Counted from the stretch's first letter, positions 13,608 through 23,409 are shown. The stretch is DNA of 64,000 nt from Paenisporosarcina sp. (GCF_049671445.1 NZ_JBATUX010000021.1:17906-81905); one strand, 5' to 3'. Notes: generated by a model from the letters alone, not told the origin. Program-made: numbers and translations.

Positions 13608-13627
13608 ATATACCACTAGGGGTATAT
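13608..13627. promoter_or_regulatory. CsoR/CstR-type operator overlapping the cstB promoter
   Basis: ATATACC-ACTAGG-GGTATAT palindrome. On the minus strand it sits in the 17-nt spacer between TTGAAC (-35) and TATATT (-10). Confidence 0.55.
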
Positions 13628-13823
13628 TTGTTCAAGTAATTTGTTTTACATATAACTTATTATTTCCCTAAATCATTTTTTTAACGCAAAATTGGTTCTA
13701 AGTGAGTCAATTTCAAAATTGCCTTTTGATGGATGATACACGAATATTTAAATTGTAATCCTAAGTTTATGGACTCAGAAAAACAAAAAAACGCCTCTAC
13801 ACATATGTGTAAAGACGTTTCGT

Positions 13824-14069
13824 TTAATCTTCTTGTTTTTTGCCGCGTTTCATCATAAGAGTAGCGTACCAAAATCCAATAGTTAAGGACAAGGCATCGA
13901 CGATGTATAACAACCAAGTATGCGTGTATCCGGCATATACGGAAGCTGTAATAAGAGCGACAGTTAAAATCAACGCTACAATATGTGAGAACGTAATGCG
14001 TGTAAATAAGACAACGAGCAAGCCCGGTAAAAACAAAGCTAATATAATTTTCGTAACCATAGATTCCAT
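13824..14069 (-). CDS. Small membrane protein (81 aa, three predicted TM helices)
   Basis: Hydrophobic ORF, preferred over the overlapping antisense ORF 13840-14097. Confidence 0.55.
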   Translation of the reverse strand: MESMVTKIILALFLPGLLVVLFTRITFSHIVALILTVALITASVYAGYTHTWLLYIVDALSLTIGFWYATLMMKRGKKQED

Positions 14070-14079
14070 ATATGTTCTC

Positions 14080-15249
14080 CTATCTTACGACCAATAAACC
14101 GAGACGATGGTGGTCGTGACGATAAATAACATGTTGGCGTAAACGTACTTCTCCTTGATGATCGAGAACTTCAAGTCGACAATGTGCGGCGTTTATCTGA
14201 ATCGCCTCATATAATTCTCTTTCGTTTGAAACAGATTGTCCATTTACTTTGCGAATACATTCGCCAATGACAAGACCCATCTTTTCAGCTGGTGAATCTG
14301 GCAAGACTCCTGCAATCATGACACCTAAATCTTTAGGTGCAACAGCGTGGTTGCCTTGTCGTTCTTTGATCGCAAAGTACATCCATACCCCAACTCGTGC
14401 AATTGCACCGATAGCTAAACTAATAGCCGCCATCACTGGGAACCAAAATGCACTGATTGATAAAATCACAGTCAGGAAACCAACAGCTACAACAGACATT
14501 CCTAGTTTTGGGAATAAATTTACTGGTAGTGAACGGCGAGCTTTTTGTTGGAATCCAATGACAATTGGGAATAATACCAAACCAAATGATTCACTTCCAA
14601 ATGTTAATTGAGGCCAGTATGGTGAAAACTCTTGAATAGCATCTCCTGGTACAATTACGAGTAATGGAATCATCCATAGTCGCTTGGCTAAATAGCTTGC
14701 TGCCGTTAGCCCACGAGAAGATTTCTCTAAAATTGGTGAAGCTGATTCTGCACCCGTTTTACTGATGAGTAGACCTTCTACAATGACCGTTGCACCGATA
14801 ATGAAGGCAACAGGCAATGATAATTGAATCCAATTCATTTCTCCCGACCAATCAAAATTCATAAATGAAAATGTGCGGTTCATTACATAGCCAATCCACA
14901 ATGCTGCGACAGCTAGTGCACCTGCTACAATGGGTGAACCCAATTGATACATGAAAAGCACTACTAGTATGGCACTAATGATACTATACGTTGCAATCCA
15001 ATCTGTCGTTACGGTTAAACCAATACCTACACTAAGTATCGATAATATAACTGCATACATCCAGATGTCCGCAAACATTCGCTTCATTTCAGTCCAACCC
15101 CATAAAATGCGCGTTCGAAAAGAACGTCTTTCTCTTTTCACACGGACATATCCGAGGAGTACTGCGAAAAGAATCGCAACGTAAAATAATGGATTGATAA
15201 ACAATTTACTAATTCCTTTTAACAACTCTAATCCTATCTCTTGCCACAT
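14080..15249 (-). CDS. minJ: MinJ-like polytopic membrane protein with C-terminal PDZ domain
   Basis: ORF 14080-15294, start trimmed to ATG 15249. Multi-TM N-terminal region plus a C-terminal PDZ (GVLPDSPAEKMGLVIGECIRKVNGQSV). Synteny next to ctpB as in B. subtilis. Confidence 0.7.
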   Translation of the reverse strand: MWQEIGLELLKGISKLFINPLFYVAILFAVLLGYVRVKRERRSFRTRILWGWTEMKRMFADIWMYAVILSILSVGIGLTVTTDWIATYSIISAILVVLFMYQLGSPIVAGALAVAALWIGYVMNRTFSFMNFDWSGEMNWIQLSLPVAFIIGATVIVEGLLISKTGAESASPILEKSSRGLTAASYLAKRLWMIPLLVIVPGDAIQEFSPYWPQLTFGSESFGLVLFPIVIGFQQKARRSLPVNLFPKLGMSVVAVGFLTVILSISAFWFPVMAAISLAIGAIARVGVWMYFAIKERQGNHAVAPKDLGVMIAGVLPDSPAEKMGLVIGECIRKVNGQSVSNERELYEAIQINAAHCRLEVLDHQGEVRLRQHVIYRHDHHRLGLLVVR

Positions 15250-15331
15250 AAAACCTAACACCACCCATTCAACGGTTCGTGCATTTCTTTCCATTGTAAC
15301 AAACCGTTGATGGAATGCGTATAGGTTTTTT

Positions 15332-16762
15332 CTACTTTTGAATAGAGTGGAACAAATAACCTAATGACTTTTGCAGTTGATCGTCGTTTTTCTTGCTTGT
15401 TTTATACTTTAATATCGACTCTCTAGCTGCTTGATAAAACTCTGTATTCATGATGGAATCGTTTTGAAGTTTCTTTTCTTTTTTGAAAGCTAACACAGCT
15501 TTTGCCGTATCTTCATCGAAATATCCGTTTACTTTAGTAATAGGATACCCTAATGCCTTTAACGCTTTTTGTCCATAAATGATATCTTCATGAAAATCTC
15601 CTACTTGATAAGTACCACTTATAGGCAACGGCTCTAGTTGGTAAAGCTCATTTGCTTCAACTTCAAAATCAGCTTCTATTCCTTTACCATGTATCCACTG
15701 TTGTTTAGGAGTTAACCATTTATGTGAGGAAAGCTTCATTTCTCCTCCATTAGTCAGTTCCCATGTTTCCTGGACAGTCCCCTTGCCAAAGCTCTTAGAG
15801 CCAGCAATGAGTGCACGTTGATTTGACTTTAATGCCCCACTTAAAACTTCACTTGCCGAAGCACTACCTTCGTTTTGTAACAATACAATTGGAATCTTTT
15901 TCATTTCTTTTGCGTAGTCATCATCATTCGTTGCTTTTACAGGTAATGGTTCAAGTACACCTTTCGCATCTTGCATATAAGCGTAAATTTGGCCGTTCTT
16001 CAACATGGTACCGATAATTTGTTCTACACTATGTAAATACCCTCCTGGGTTACCACGAACATCAATCAATAAACCATCGATTCCTTGTTTAACTAAAGTG
16101 CGTGTTTGTTGTTCCCATTCTTCAGCAGTTTTATCACCAAAAAGTGAAATGCTGACATAGCCAATAGAAGAATCATCTTGCTTGATGCGCTCACTTGTAA
16201 CTGTGTGTATTTGTAGTGCTGATCTCATCATACTTAATTCCATATGTCGATCTTCAGTTGGTCTAAAGACAGTTAAAGATACATTGGTTCCTTTCTTACC
16301 TTTAATGGCTTTAAGCAAATCAGATAAACTTTTACCATCTACACGTTCCCCATCTACTTGTACAATTTCGTCATACGGTTTAACGCCAGCTTTTTCAGCT
16401 GGAGATTCTTTTAAAGGCGTTACGACAATAAAACGTCCTTTATTTTCAACAATTTCTAAACCAATACCCACGCGCTCGTCCGATAGTGATTCGCGATGCG
16501 ATTTCGCTTCTTCTTTTGTCATGTATTTACTGTAAGGATCACCAAGTGTTTCAGCCATTCCTCGAAGAGCACCTTCAATCAAAAGTTTCCCTTCTACCGG
16601 ATGGACTGAGCTGGCTAAAATCCGTTCATAGGCTTCATCAATAGGTGACATAGGACTTGTCGCATTACTTGTCTTATCTTTTTTTAACGGTGTCCAAAAA
16701 ATGAGCAAACAAAGAATCAAAATAACTAAAAAAGCAAACAAAAAAACCCGGCTTCTTTTCAA
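15332..16762 (-). CDS. ctpB: S41 carboxy-terminal processing protease (CtpA/CtpB-like) with PDZ and C-terminal PG-binding domain
   Basis: 476 aa. Signal/TM anchor, PDZ (SPAEKAGVKPYDEIVQVDG), catalytic Ser region (NEGSASASEVLSGAL) and a PG_binding_1-like tail. Confidence 0.88.
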   Translation of the reverse strand: MKRSRVFLFAFLVILILCLLIFWTPLKKDKTSNATSPMSPIDEAYERILASSVHPVEGKLLIEGALRGMAETLGDPYSKYMTKEEAKSHRESLSDERVGIGLEIVENKGRFIVVTPLKESPAEKAGVKPYDEIVQVDGERVDGKSLSDLLKAIKGKKGTNVSLTVFRPTEDRHMELSMMRSALQIHTVTSERIKQDDSSIGYVSISLFGDKTAEEWEQQTRTLVKQGIDGLLIDVRGNPGGYLHSVEQIIGTMLKNGQIYAYMQDAKGVLEPLPVKATNDDDYAKEMKKIPIVLLQNEGSASASEVLSGALKSNQRALIAGSKSFGKGTVQETWELTNGGEMKLSSHKWLTPKQQWIHGKGIEADFEVEANELYQLEPLPISGTYQVGDFHEDIIYGQKALKALGYPITKVNGYFDEDTAKAVLAFKKEKKLQNDSIMNTEFYQAARESILKYKTSKKNDDQLQKSLGYLFHSIQK

Positions 16763-16842
16763 TTAATATCGCCCCCTACTTTCTTCGTTTCATTGTATGA
16801 ACGAGGACAGGGCAATACGACAAGAAGAAGCCAGATTTATTA

Positions 16843-17418
16843 TTAATCTAAATTTGAAACAAAATCTTTCATCATGTTTTCATCCATTGGTCCAACAATT
16901 TTATTTTGAATTCGACCTTTTGTATCAATCATATAAGAGGTTGGAATCGTAATGGCTTGATAAGTCTCTCCAACCTTTCCTTCCACGTCCATTGGGATTG
17001 GAAAAGTTAACCCATAATCTTCAACAAAATTCTGTACACTTTCTACTTTATCTCCATTTGTTAAGTTGACAGCTAAAATTTCGACATTTTCATCTTTTGC
17101 AAAATCCTCATAGTAATTTTGCATATGAGGCATTTCAGCTTTACATGGAGGACACCAGGTCGCCCAGAAATTCACAATTATTTTTTTTCCTTTTAGATCA
17201 GATAGTTGAACCTTTTTACCATCGAGTGTGGTTAATGTGAAATCAGGGGCCATATCCCCTTTGACTAATCCTTCTTCAGCTGACACATTTACTAAATCAA
17301 CGCCACGTTGTTCGCTGGCAAACGACTCCTCTGTATCGATATTCTTCTTCACAAAACCTGCAATCATTATGGCAATTAGACTTGCGACAACTACCAAACC
17401 GAATATTTTTTTCGTCAT
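16843..17418 (-). CDS. Membrane-anchored thiol-disulfide oxidoreductase (ResA/StoA/TlpA family)
   Basis: 191 aa with an N-terminal TM and the WATWCPPCKAE thioredoxin motif. Confidence 0.85.
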   Translation of the reverse strand: MTKKIFGLVVVASLIAIMIAGFVKKNIDTEESFASEQRGVDLVNVSAEEGLVKGDMAPDFTLTTLDGKKVQLSDLKGKKIIVNFWATWCPPCKAEMPHMQNYYEDFAKDENVEILAVNLTNGDKVESVQNFVEDYGLTFPIPMDVEGKVGETYQAITIPTSYMIDTKGRIQNKIVGPMDENMMKDFVSNLD

Positions 17419-18071
17419 AATTTTTCCTCCGTAAATTCAAGTTGTTTATTGGTTAGTACGTAAGCTAGTGATCCGCAAATCACGAATATACCCGTGACAA
17501 AGAGAGGACTTTGAAGTATACCTTGGGGTTGAATAAGCGCAACGAAAATGTGCGTGAATAAAAACAAGAAAGTTAATTGAATTTGCCAAGTGCTTGATAT
17601 GGAGATTTTCAACCAAGTCAGTGTTACTAATGCAACAAATAAAACCACTGTGATGATTTTTTGCCAAAGCAAGGCTTCGTTTACTAGAACCATAATTATT
17701 TGATATACAGATTGTAACATGACTATTGAAAACAACAGGGCAACTAGCTCTGATACAGGCCAATTTTTCTGTCTAAACCTCCATAATAATTTTAACAAAG
17801 CAGCACTCAAACCAAGAAATAACCCTAACCTACCTCCATTAAAATAAAGTATGGACAGCGGAGAATCAATGATCAACTTAAAATCGGTGAGGACTACACT
17901 AAATTTCCAAACAAGTAAAAAAAGAATGGCTGCATCTGAAAACCAGTCTTCTGTTTCTTTTCCAAATTTGCGCCATACAATAATTCCTGTAATTAGTATG
18001 GCCAAAAGTACAGCTAGCCATGATGACGGGATAGTTAATGATTTTATGATAAACCATTCAGTGACAGGCAT
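17415..18071 (-). CDS. Polytopic membrane protein of unknown function
   Basis: 218-aa hydrophobic ORF. Its stop overlaps the downstream start (ATGA), so it is co-transcribed with the ResA-like gene. Confidence 0.6.
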   Translation of the reverse strand: MPVTEWFIIKSLTIPSSWLAVLLAILITGIIVWRKFGKETEDWFSDAAILFLLVWKFSVVLTDFKLIIDSPLSILYFNGGRLGLFLGLSAALLKLLWRFRQKNWPVSELVALLFSIVMLQSVYQIIMVLVNEALLWQKIITVVLFVALVTLTWLKISISSTWQIQLTFLFLFTHIFVALIQPQGILQSPLFVTGIFVICGSLAYVLTNKQLEFTEEKL

Positions 18072-18204
18072 AATCTCTCATCTCCAAACAACTTTTTATA
18101 TACCCTATATCGTATACTATTTTTCATTAATCCGCGACAAATTGATTTGTATATGAGTCCTTCATCTCCTATTATAAGGGGTTCATTGGGAAATCAATAC
18201 ATAG

Positions 18205-18242
18205 AAAAAACTCACTCTCATTAAAATGAGAGTGAGTTTTTT
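18205..18242 (-). terminator. Bidirectional intrinsic terminator after the M23 peptidase gene
   Basis: A-run, ACTCACTCTCAT / TAAA / ATGAGAGTGAGT, then T-run. Confidence 0.8.
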
Positions 18243-18252
18243 CTAGATTTAA

Positions 18253-19647
18253 TTAAAATGATACGTAACGAATTGGATTCACAGCATTTGAACGTGAACT
18301 ATTCCAAGGACCTACATGAACTTCAAAATGTAAATGTGACCCTGTAGAGCGACCCGTACTACCCATTTTACCGATAAGTTGTCCTTTTGAGACAGATTGG
18401 CCTACGCTAGAATTAATAGCGCTTAAATGTGCATAAACAGTTGTGAAAATTTGACCATTAATTGAGTGAGTAACCATGATCACGTTACCGTAAGTTCCCA
18501 TTGGTCCAGCGTGAGAAACAATTCCATCCGCAGCAGAAACAATCGGTGTTCCGATGCTATTAGCAATGTCACTACCATAGTGGAATTCATTTCCAGACCC
18601 TATGTTCCGTCCTCCGAATGTTGAAGAGAATCGACCTGAAGCAGGGCGTGTCCATGTTCCTGACGATACTGATACAACCGGTGCAGGTGCAACTGGTCGT
18701 GATACTGTTGTTGATTTTTGTCTTGAAGCGCTTTGATTTGCAGCATTTTGTCGTTCACGTTCTGCGGCTGCTTGTCTTTCGCGTTCTGCAGCTGCTTGTC
18801 TTTCACGTTCAGCCGCCTCTTTTTTCTTACGAGCGATTTCAGCTTGACGAGCAACTTCTATTAAACGAGCTTGTTCAGCCACAATTTTATTTTCAACGGC
18901 TTTACTTACTTTAAGTACTTCTTCATGTTCTTCTTCAAGATGACCTTTTTCTTCTATTAATAAGGCTTGTTGTGCTTCTAGTTTATCTACTAATTTACCT
19001 TTAGAAACCTTTTGTGAATCAAGAGTTGCTTTAAGATTCATTAGCTTGTTACGGCTTTGTTTTTGTTCAGCTAATTTCTCTTCAACTTCTGCCTTTTGTT
19101 CTTCAAGCGATTTTTTATCAGCCGCTTGTTCTTCTAATATTTTACGATCCGCATCCATTAATGTATTAACAGCAGAGAATCGGTCAATAAAGTCTGCGAA
19201 GCTACTAGCACCAAGTAAAACATCCAAATAATTTACAGATCCACCGCTTTCTTGAACCGCGCGTAAACGTTCTTTAATTAATTCGTCACGATCTGCAATT
19301 TTCTTTTCTAACACTTTAATTGTTCCGTGTAATTTGTCAATTTCATTATTGGTACGCTTAATATCAGCAAGAATACTATCAATCTCTTTATCTGTTTCAT
19401 TTATTTTATTATCAAGAGATTGGATTTGAGCAAGCAAATCCTCTTGAGTATTTTGGTTTTTAGAAATGTCGCCTTTTTTCTTATTAATTGTTGAATTCAA
19501 TTGGTTCTCTTTCTGCTCCAATTGTTTTTGTTCACTTTTTAAGTCATTTAATGAGTTTGCCGAAGCATCAGGTTGAGTCATAAATACAGAACTTCCTAAT
19601 ACTGTTGCTAAGGTAACCATCATCCATTTAGATTGTTTCTTTCCCAT
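18253..19647 (-). CDS. Secreted coiled-coil M23 (LytM) metalloendopeptidase, EnvC/PcsB-like architecture
   Basis: 464 aa. Signal peptide, about 280 aa of heptad-rich coiled coil, and a C-terminal M23 domain with HYGSD and GSHLHFEV motifs. Located directly downstream of ftsEX. Confidence 0.88.
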   Translation of the reverse strand: MGKKQSKWMMVTLATVLGSSVFMTQPDASANSLNDLKSEQKQLEQKENQLNSTINKKKGDISKNQNTQEDLLAQIQSLDNKINETDKEIDSILADIKRTNNEIDKLHGTIKVLEKKIADRDELIKERLRAVQESGGSVNYLDVLLGASSFADFIDRFSAVNTLMDADRKILEEQAADKKSLEEQKAEVEEKLAEQKQSRNKLMNLKATLDSQKVSKGKLVDKLEAQQALLIEEKGHLEEEHEEVLKVSKAVENKIVAEQARLIEVARQAEIARKKKEAAERERQAAAERERQAAAERERQNAANQSASRQKSTTVSRPVAPAPVVSVSSGTWTRPASGRFSSTFGGRNIGSGNEFHYGSDIANSIGTPIVSAADGIVSHAGPMGTYGNVIMVTHSINGQIFTTVYAHLSAINSSVGQSVSKGQLIGKMGSTGRSTGSHLHFEVHVGPWNSSRSNAVNPIRYVSF

Positions 19648-19677
19648 GTTATGCCCCTTTCAAAATCGCGCTTATTA

Positions 19678-20562
19678 TTAAACGCGTAAAAACTTTCTCA
19701 CCGACATGAAGCTTCCCCATACGCCAATAAAAATACCCATCACGATAATTAAGATGTTTACTTGGAATAAAAATGGTGTAAGTGGTAATAAATTAAACAA
19801 TTCGCCTTCTAAATATGGTTGAAGTATTTGATATAGATTGTAATAAAGAACACTTACAAGAGTAATAGGTAGGATGGAACCAAGGATTCCTATCCACATT
19901 CCTTCTAACACGAAAGGAATTCGGACAAAACTATTTGTCGCTCCTACTAGTTTCATAATCTCTATTTCACGACGACGTGCAACAATCGTAATTCGAATCG
20001 TATTTGAAATTAAGAACATTGCGGTAAATAGTAAGGCTAAAATCAAGCCTAGTCCTACATTTCGAGCAACATTTAAGAATTCGAACAACTTCTCAATTTT
20101 ACCTTCGCCATATTCTACTGAATATGTATTTTTAAGTCGGTCAATATTCTCTGCAACTTTTTCAGTTTCTTGAGGGTTAGTTGCTTTTACGTAAAAAGCA
20201 GCTCGAAGGGGATTGTTTTGATCAGATAATCCCATGGTTCCACCGAAATCTTTAATTAAATCTTCAAGTTCGGCTTCTTTCGTAGAGTATGTAAGAGATG
20301 CTACGCCATCAAGATTTTTAATTTGTTCTTCTAACTTTTCAGCAGCTTTTTCATCAGATGTTAGTTCGACTAATACTTTGATTTCAACATCTTTTTCTAA
20401 ATCGTCTGCGACTTTATTTAAATTCATCATGATCATGACGAATACGCCTACTAATAGTAATGTAACGGTTACAGCACTTGCAGAAGCAAATGTCATCCAA
20501 CTATTACGACCTAAACTTTTAAAACTTTCTCGGAAATGACGACCTACTGTTCTAGCTTTCAT
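19678..20562 (-). CDS. ftsX: Cell division ABC transporter permease FtsX
   Basis: ORF 19678-20589, start trimmed to ATG 20562 (GGAGGTG 9 nt upstream; overlaps the ftsE stop). N-terminus GRHFRESFKSLGRNSWMTFASASAVTV is typical of FtsX. Confidence 0.9.
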   Translation of the reverse strand: MKARTVGRHFRESFKSLGRNSWMTFASASAVTVTLLLVGVFVMIMMNLNKVADDLEKDVEIKVLVELTSDEKAAEKLEEQIKNLDGVASLTYSTKEAELEDLIKDFGGTMGLSDQNNPLRAAFYVKATNPQETEKVAENIDRLKNTYSVEYGEGKIEKLFEFLNVARNVGLGLILALLFTAMFLISNTIRITIVARRREIEIMKLVGATNSFVRIPFVLEGMWIGILGSILPITLVSVLYYNLYQILQPYLEGELFNLLPLTPFLFQVNILIIVMGIFIGVWGSFMSVRKFLRV

Positions 20563-21238
20563 AACCGTAGGCACCTCCAACTTCATCACGTACTACTAAT
20601 CCGCCTTCAACGGCTATAACACGGTGTTTATTTGTATTTACAATTTCTTTATTATGAGTTGCCATAATAATTGTTGTTCCTCGACGATTAATTTCTTCAA
20701 ATAAATTCATAATATCCCATGAAGTTTCAGGATCTAAGTTACCTGTTGGTTCGTCCGCAATCATCACTTTCGGAACATTGACAATAGAACGGGCAATTGA
20801 GATACGTTGTTGTTCTCCTCCTGAAAGTTCAGTTGGAAACATGCGTGCTTTATGTTTTAGGCCTACTAAATCCAAAACTTCCATTACACGTTTACGAATT
20901 ACTTTTGGTGATTCTTCAATTACTTCTAATGCAAAAGCAACGTTTTCATAAACAGTTAACCGAGGCAATAATTTGAAGTCTTGAAAGACTACGCCGATTT
21001 GTCTTCTTAAATAGGGAACACGTTTCGACTTCAGTGTCGCCAAATTGATACCATTAACTACTATATCTCCGCTCGTTGGTCGTTCTTCTCTATACATCAT
21101 CTTGATGAATGTCGATTTACCAGCCCCACTGGGACCTACCACATAAACAAATTCACCTTGTTTTATTTCTACGTTAAATCCATTAGCGGCAACTATACCG
21201 TTTGGATATTTTTTATAGACATTTTTCATTGAAATCAT
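20552..21238 (-). CDS. ftsE: Cell division ATP-binding protein FtsE
   Basis: ORF 20552-21253, start trimmed to ATG 21238. Walker A GPSGAGKST, signature LSGGEQQR, Walker B MIADEPTGNLD. Confidence 0.93.
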   Translation of the reverse strand: MISMKNVYKKYPNGIVAANGFNVEIKQGEFVYVVGPSGAGKSTFIKMMYREERPTSGDIVVNGINLATLKSKRVPYLRRQIGVVFQDFKLLPRLTVYENVAFALEVIEESPKVIRKRVMEVLDLVGLKHKARMFPTELSGGEQQRISIARSIVNVPKVMIADEPTGNLDPETSWDIMNLFEEINRRGTTIIMATHNKEIVNTNKHRVIAVEGGLVVRDEVGGAYGYES

Positions 21239-21483
21239 ATTTTTTGTAACCACCTATACTTACTAAACTTATTGAAAACTATCTTAAAAATTTTTCCAAC
21301 AAACTCATTATAACAAGGTTAACGACAAAATTTTATTACATTAATATTACAATATGTCTTAAGAAAGCTTATAAAACCTTATACCCATTACTATTTACAC
21401 AAGTAAATACTCCTGCACTGACATATAATTCAACATTCTAGTCGAAATTTCCTTCTTTATCTTCGACAGTATTTCACAAAATA

Positions 21484-21518
21484 AAAAGACCAACGCAAGA
21501 TTATGCGTTGGTCTCTTA
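21484..21518 (-). terminator. Intrinsic terminator after cccB
   Basis: AGACCAACGCA / AGATTA / TGCGTTGGTCT with a plus-strand A-run on the left. Confidence 0.75.
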
Positions 21519-21857
21519 TTATTTCTTATTTGATAACCATTCTGCTACTACTTCTGCCTCAGCACCTTCAACAATATTAGCAGGCATTGCACCTTTACCT
21601 TCTTGTATAACTTTTAAGATTTCTTCTTGTGATAGTCGAGACCCAACATCCGAAATATTAGGGAAGTTACCTTGACCCTCTAAATTCCCACCGTGACAAC
21701 TTGTACAATTCCCTTGCACAATTTTCTCAGCATCTTGCGTTTCAACGACTTCTCCACCATTTTCTTCATTTGTTTCGGTAGCTTCATCATCTCCACCGCC
21801 ACATGCGGCAAGCATTAATGCAGAACCAAAAATAGCTGCGAGTAACTTCTTGTTCAT
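21519..21857 (-). CDS. cccB: Lipoprotein cytochrome c551
   Basis: 112 aa. Lipobox LAAC, heme motif CTSCHG, and a distal Met ligand region (GAMPAN). Confidence 0.85.
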   Translation of the reverse strand: MNKKLLAAIFGSALMLAACGGGDDEATETNEENGGEVVETQDAEKIVQGNCTSCHGGNLEGQGNFPNISDVGSRLSQEEILKVIQEGKGAMPANIVEGAEAEVVAEWLSNKK

Positions 21858-21906
21858 TATTTTCCCTCCCGGAAAAAGTTTTACTTTCTACTAAAGTATA
21901 CCAATA

Positions 21907-22779
21907 TCAAGGACGTTTGAAACCTTCACCCAATACCTCATAGGAATCAGTTACAATGACAAATGCAGATGGATCAACAATTTTTATTACTTGTTTTAGC
22001 TTTGAAAACTCGGTTTGATAAACAACTACAAGTAATATTGGTCGTTCTTGTTCTGTATAACCACCAACTGCTGAAAGTTTTGTAACACCCCGATTTACTT
22101 CGGTATAAATAGCATCCCTTATTTCTTCTTGTTTATTCGTAATAATGTAAACCATTTTCGATTGGCTGAAGCCAAGTTGGATGATATCAATCGTTTTCGT
22201 AGTTACAAATAATCCAATTAGCGCGTATAAACCTTTTTCAATATCAAAAACTAAGGCTGCTGAAAGTACAATCAATCCATCAATTAACATAACGCTTGTA
22301 CCAAGTGTAAGACCTGAGTATTTTGTAATTATTTGAGCTGCTAAATCGGTACCACCTGTTGATGCACGGCCTCTAAACACTATCCCGAGTCCTACACCAA
22401 CTGAAATACCACCAAATAATGCCCCTAGCAAAGGATTTAATGTCGCTGGTTCCCAACTTGCTGTTAACAAAACAAATAATGGCAACGTAAGTGTACCGAC
22501 AAGCGAGCGTGCGCCAAATTGTTTACCTAGAAAAATAACACCCGTAATAAACAAAGGAATGTTAAATGCATATTGCACAATACCTGGATTCCAGTCGAAT
22601 ACACCTTTTAGTATTGTACTTATTCCACTAACTCCACCCGATGCTACTTCATTAGGTAATAAAAATACGTTAAAACCTACTGCAATAATTGCAGCTCCGA
22701 TGATGATATATATATATTCTAAGACGGAAGATAATATTGGATGTGGCTCATTCCGTACTTTACGATTATTCATGATCAT
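21907..22779 (-). CDS. YitT-family membrane protein with C-terminal DUF2179 domain (YvjA-like)
   Basis: 290 aa with the YitT pattern (GGVSGISTIL ... GGTDLAAQI) and a soluble C-terminal domain. Synteny matches B. subtilis yvjA. Confidence 0.82.
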   Translation of the reverse strand: MIMNNRKVRNEPHPILSSVLEYIYIIIGAAIIAVGFNVFLLPNEVASGGVSGISTILKGVFDWNPGIVQYAFNIPLFITGVIFLGKQFGARSLVGTLTLPLFVLLTASWEPATLNPLLGALFGGISVGVGLGIVFRGRASTGGTDLAAQIITKYSGLTLGTSVMLIDGLIVLSAALVFDIEKGLYALIGLFVTTKTIDIIQLGFSQSKMVYIITNKQEEIRDAIYTEVNRGVTKLSAVGGYTEQERPILLVVVYQTEFSKLKQVIKIVDPSAFVIVTDSYEVLGEGFKRP

Positions 22780-23167
22780 TCCTACCTTCTAGATATCTAA
22801 AATTCCTTATGAAGTATAGCAGACGCTTTGTATTGTGTGAACTTCATCATGGTGAAGCATTACTGCTTTAGCGTAGGCATGGATGCTTCATTTATTTCTA
22901 TAGTCGTCCTCACTAAAAGTGACGCACACATTATAGAATGAAACAGGAGCAGACAATTATACTCTTGAGTAAATAGACGTTCAGGTCGCCTTTGTTGTGT
23001 TCCAAAGCAACTTAGTAATTCAGTGCATCTAAGTGGTATTTTGTCACCATTAGGTTTTCACAGCAGCGCAGCGAAAACAAAACTATATAAAAGCACTTAG
23101 TTATGAGTCATTGCGCTTTCTATGGTTGAGATTGTTTCAATAAGTTAACTAGGACATGAGACGTGTT

Positions 23168-23270
23168 TGAGCGATAAACCTTCAGAAATGAGTGATAAAT
23201 TCTCAAAATGAGCGACAAGTCTCCAGATTGAGCGATAAACCCGACATTTTGATCGATAAATTTTTCACAA
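23168..23270. repeat. 20-22-bp tandem repeat array, family c (about 5 units, TGAGCGATAAA-N10)
   Basis: TGAGCGATAAACCTTCAGAAA, TGAGTGATAAATTCTCAAAA, TGAGCGACAAGTCTCCAGAT, TGAGCGATAAACCCGACATTT, TGATCGATAAATTTTTCACAA. Confidence 0.85.
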
Positions 23271-23371
23271 TCGAAATTGGCTATACATAATCGTCTCATA
23301 AGCCAAGTTATCTATCTGTTGAAACGTGACCACATTACAAGATAATATGTTCGATCATTTTTCTGGACACC

Positions 23372-23403
23372 AAAAAGCGGGCATCCTTTAAGGATACCCG
23401 CTT
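23372..23403 (-). terminator. Intrinsic terminator after prfB
   Basis: AAGCGGGCATCC / TTTAA / GGATACCCGCTT with a plus-strand A-run on the left. Confidence 0.75.
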
Positions 23404-23409
23404 CTACTA

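Noticed and set aside
12190-20539. Antisense or alternative-frame ORFs inside long, well-supported genes (for example 12190-12441, 13026-13301, 14249-14611, 14951-15184, 16182-16535, 17446-17763, 18600-18914, 19874-20173, 20234-20539)
   Set aside because: Each lies entirely within a gene with clear family motifs on the other strand or frame. None has a convincing RBS, and their composition is typical of antisense read-through.
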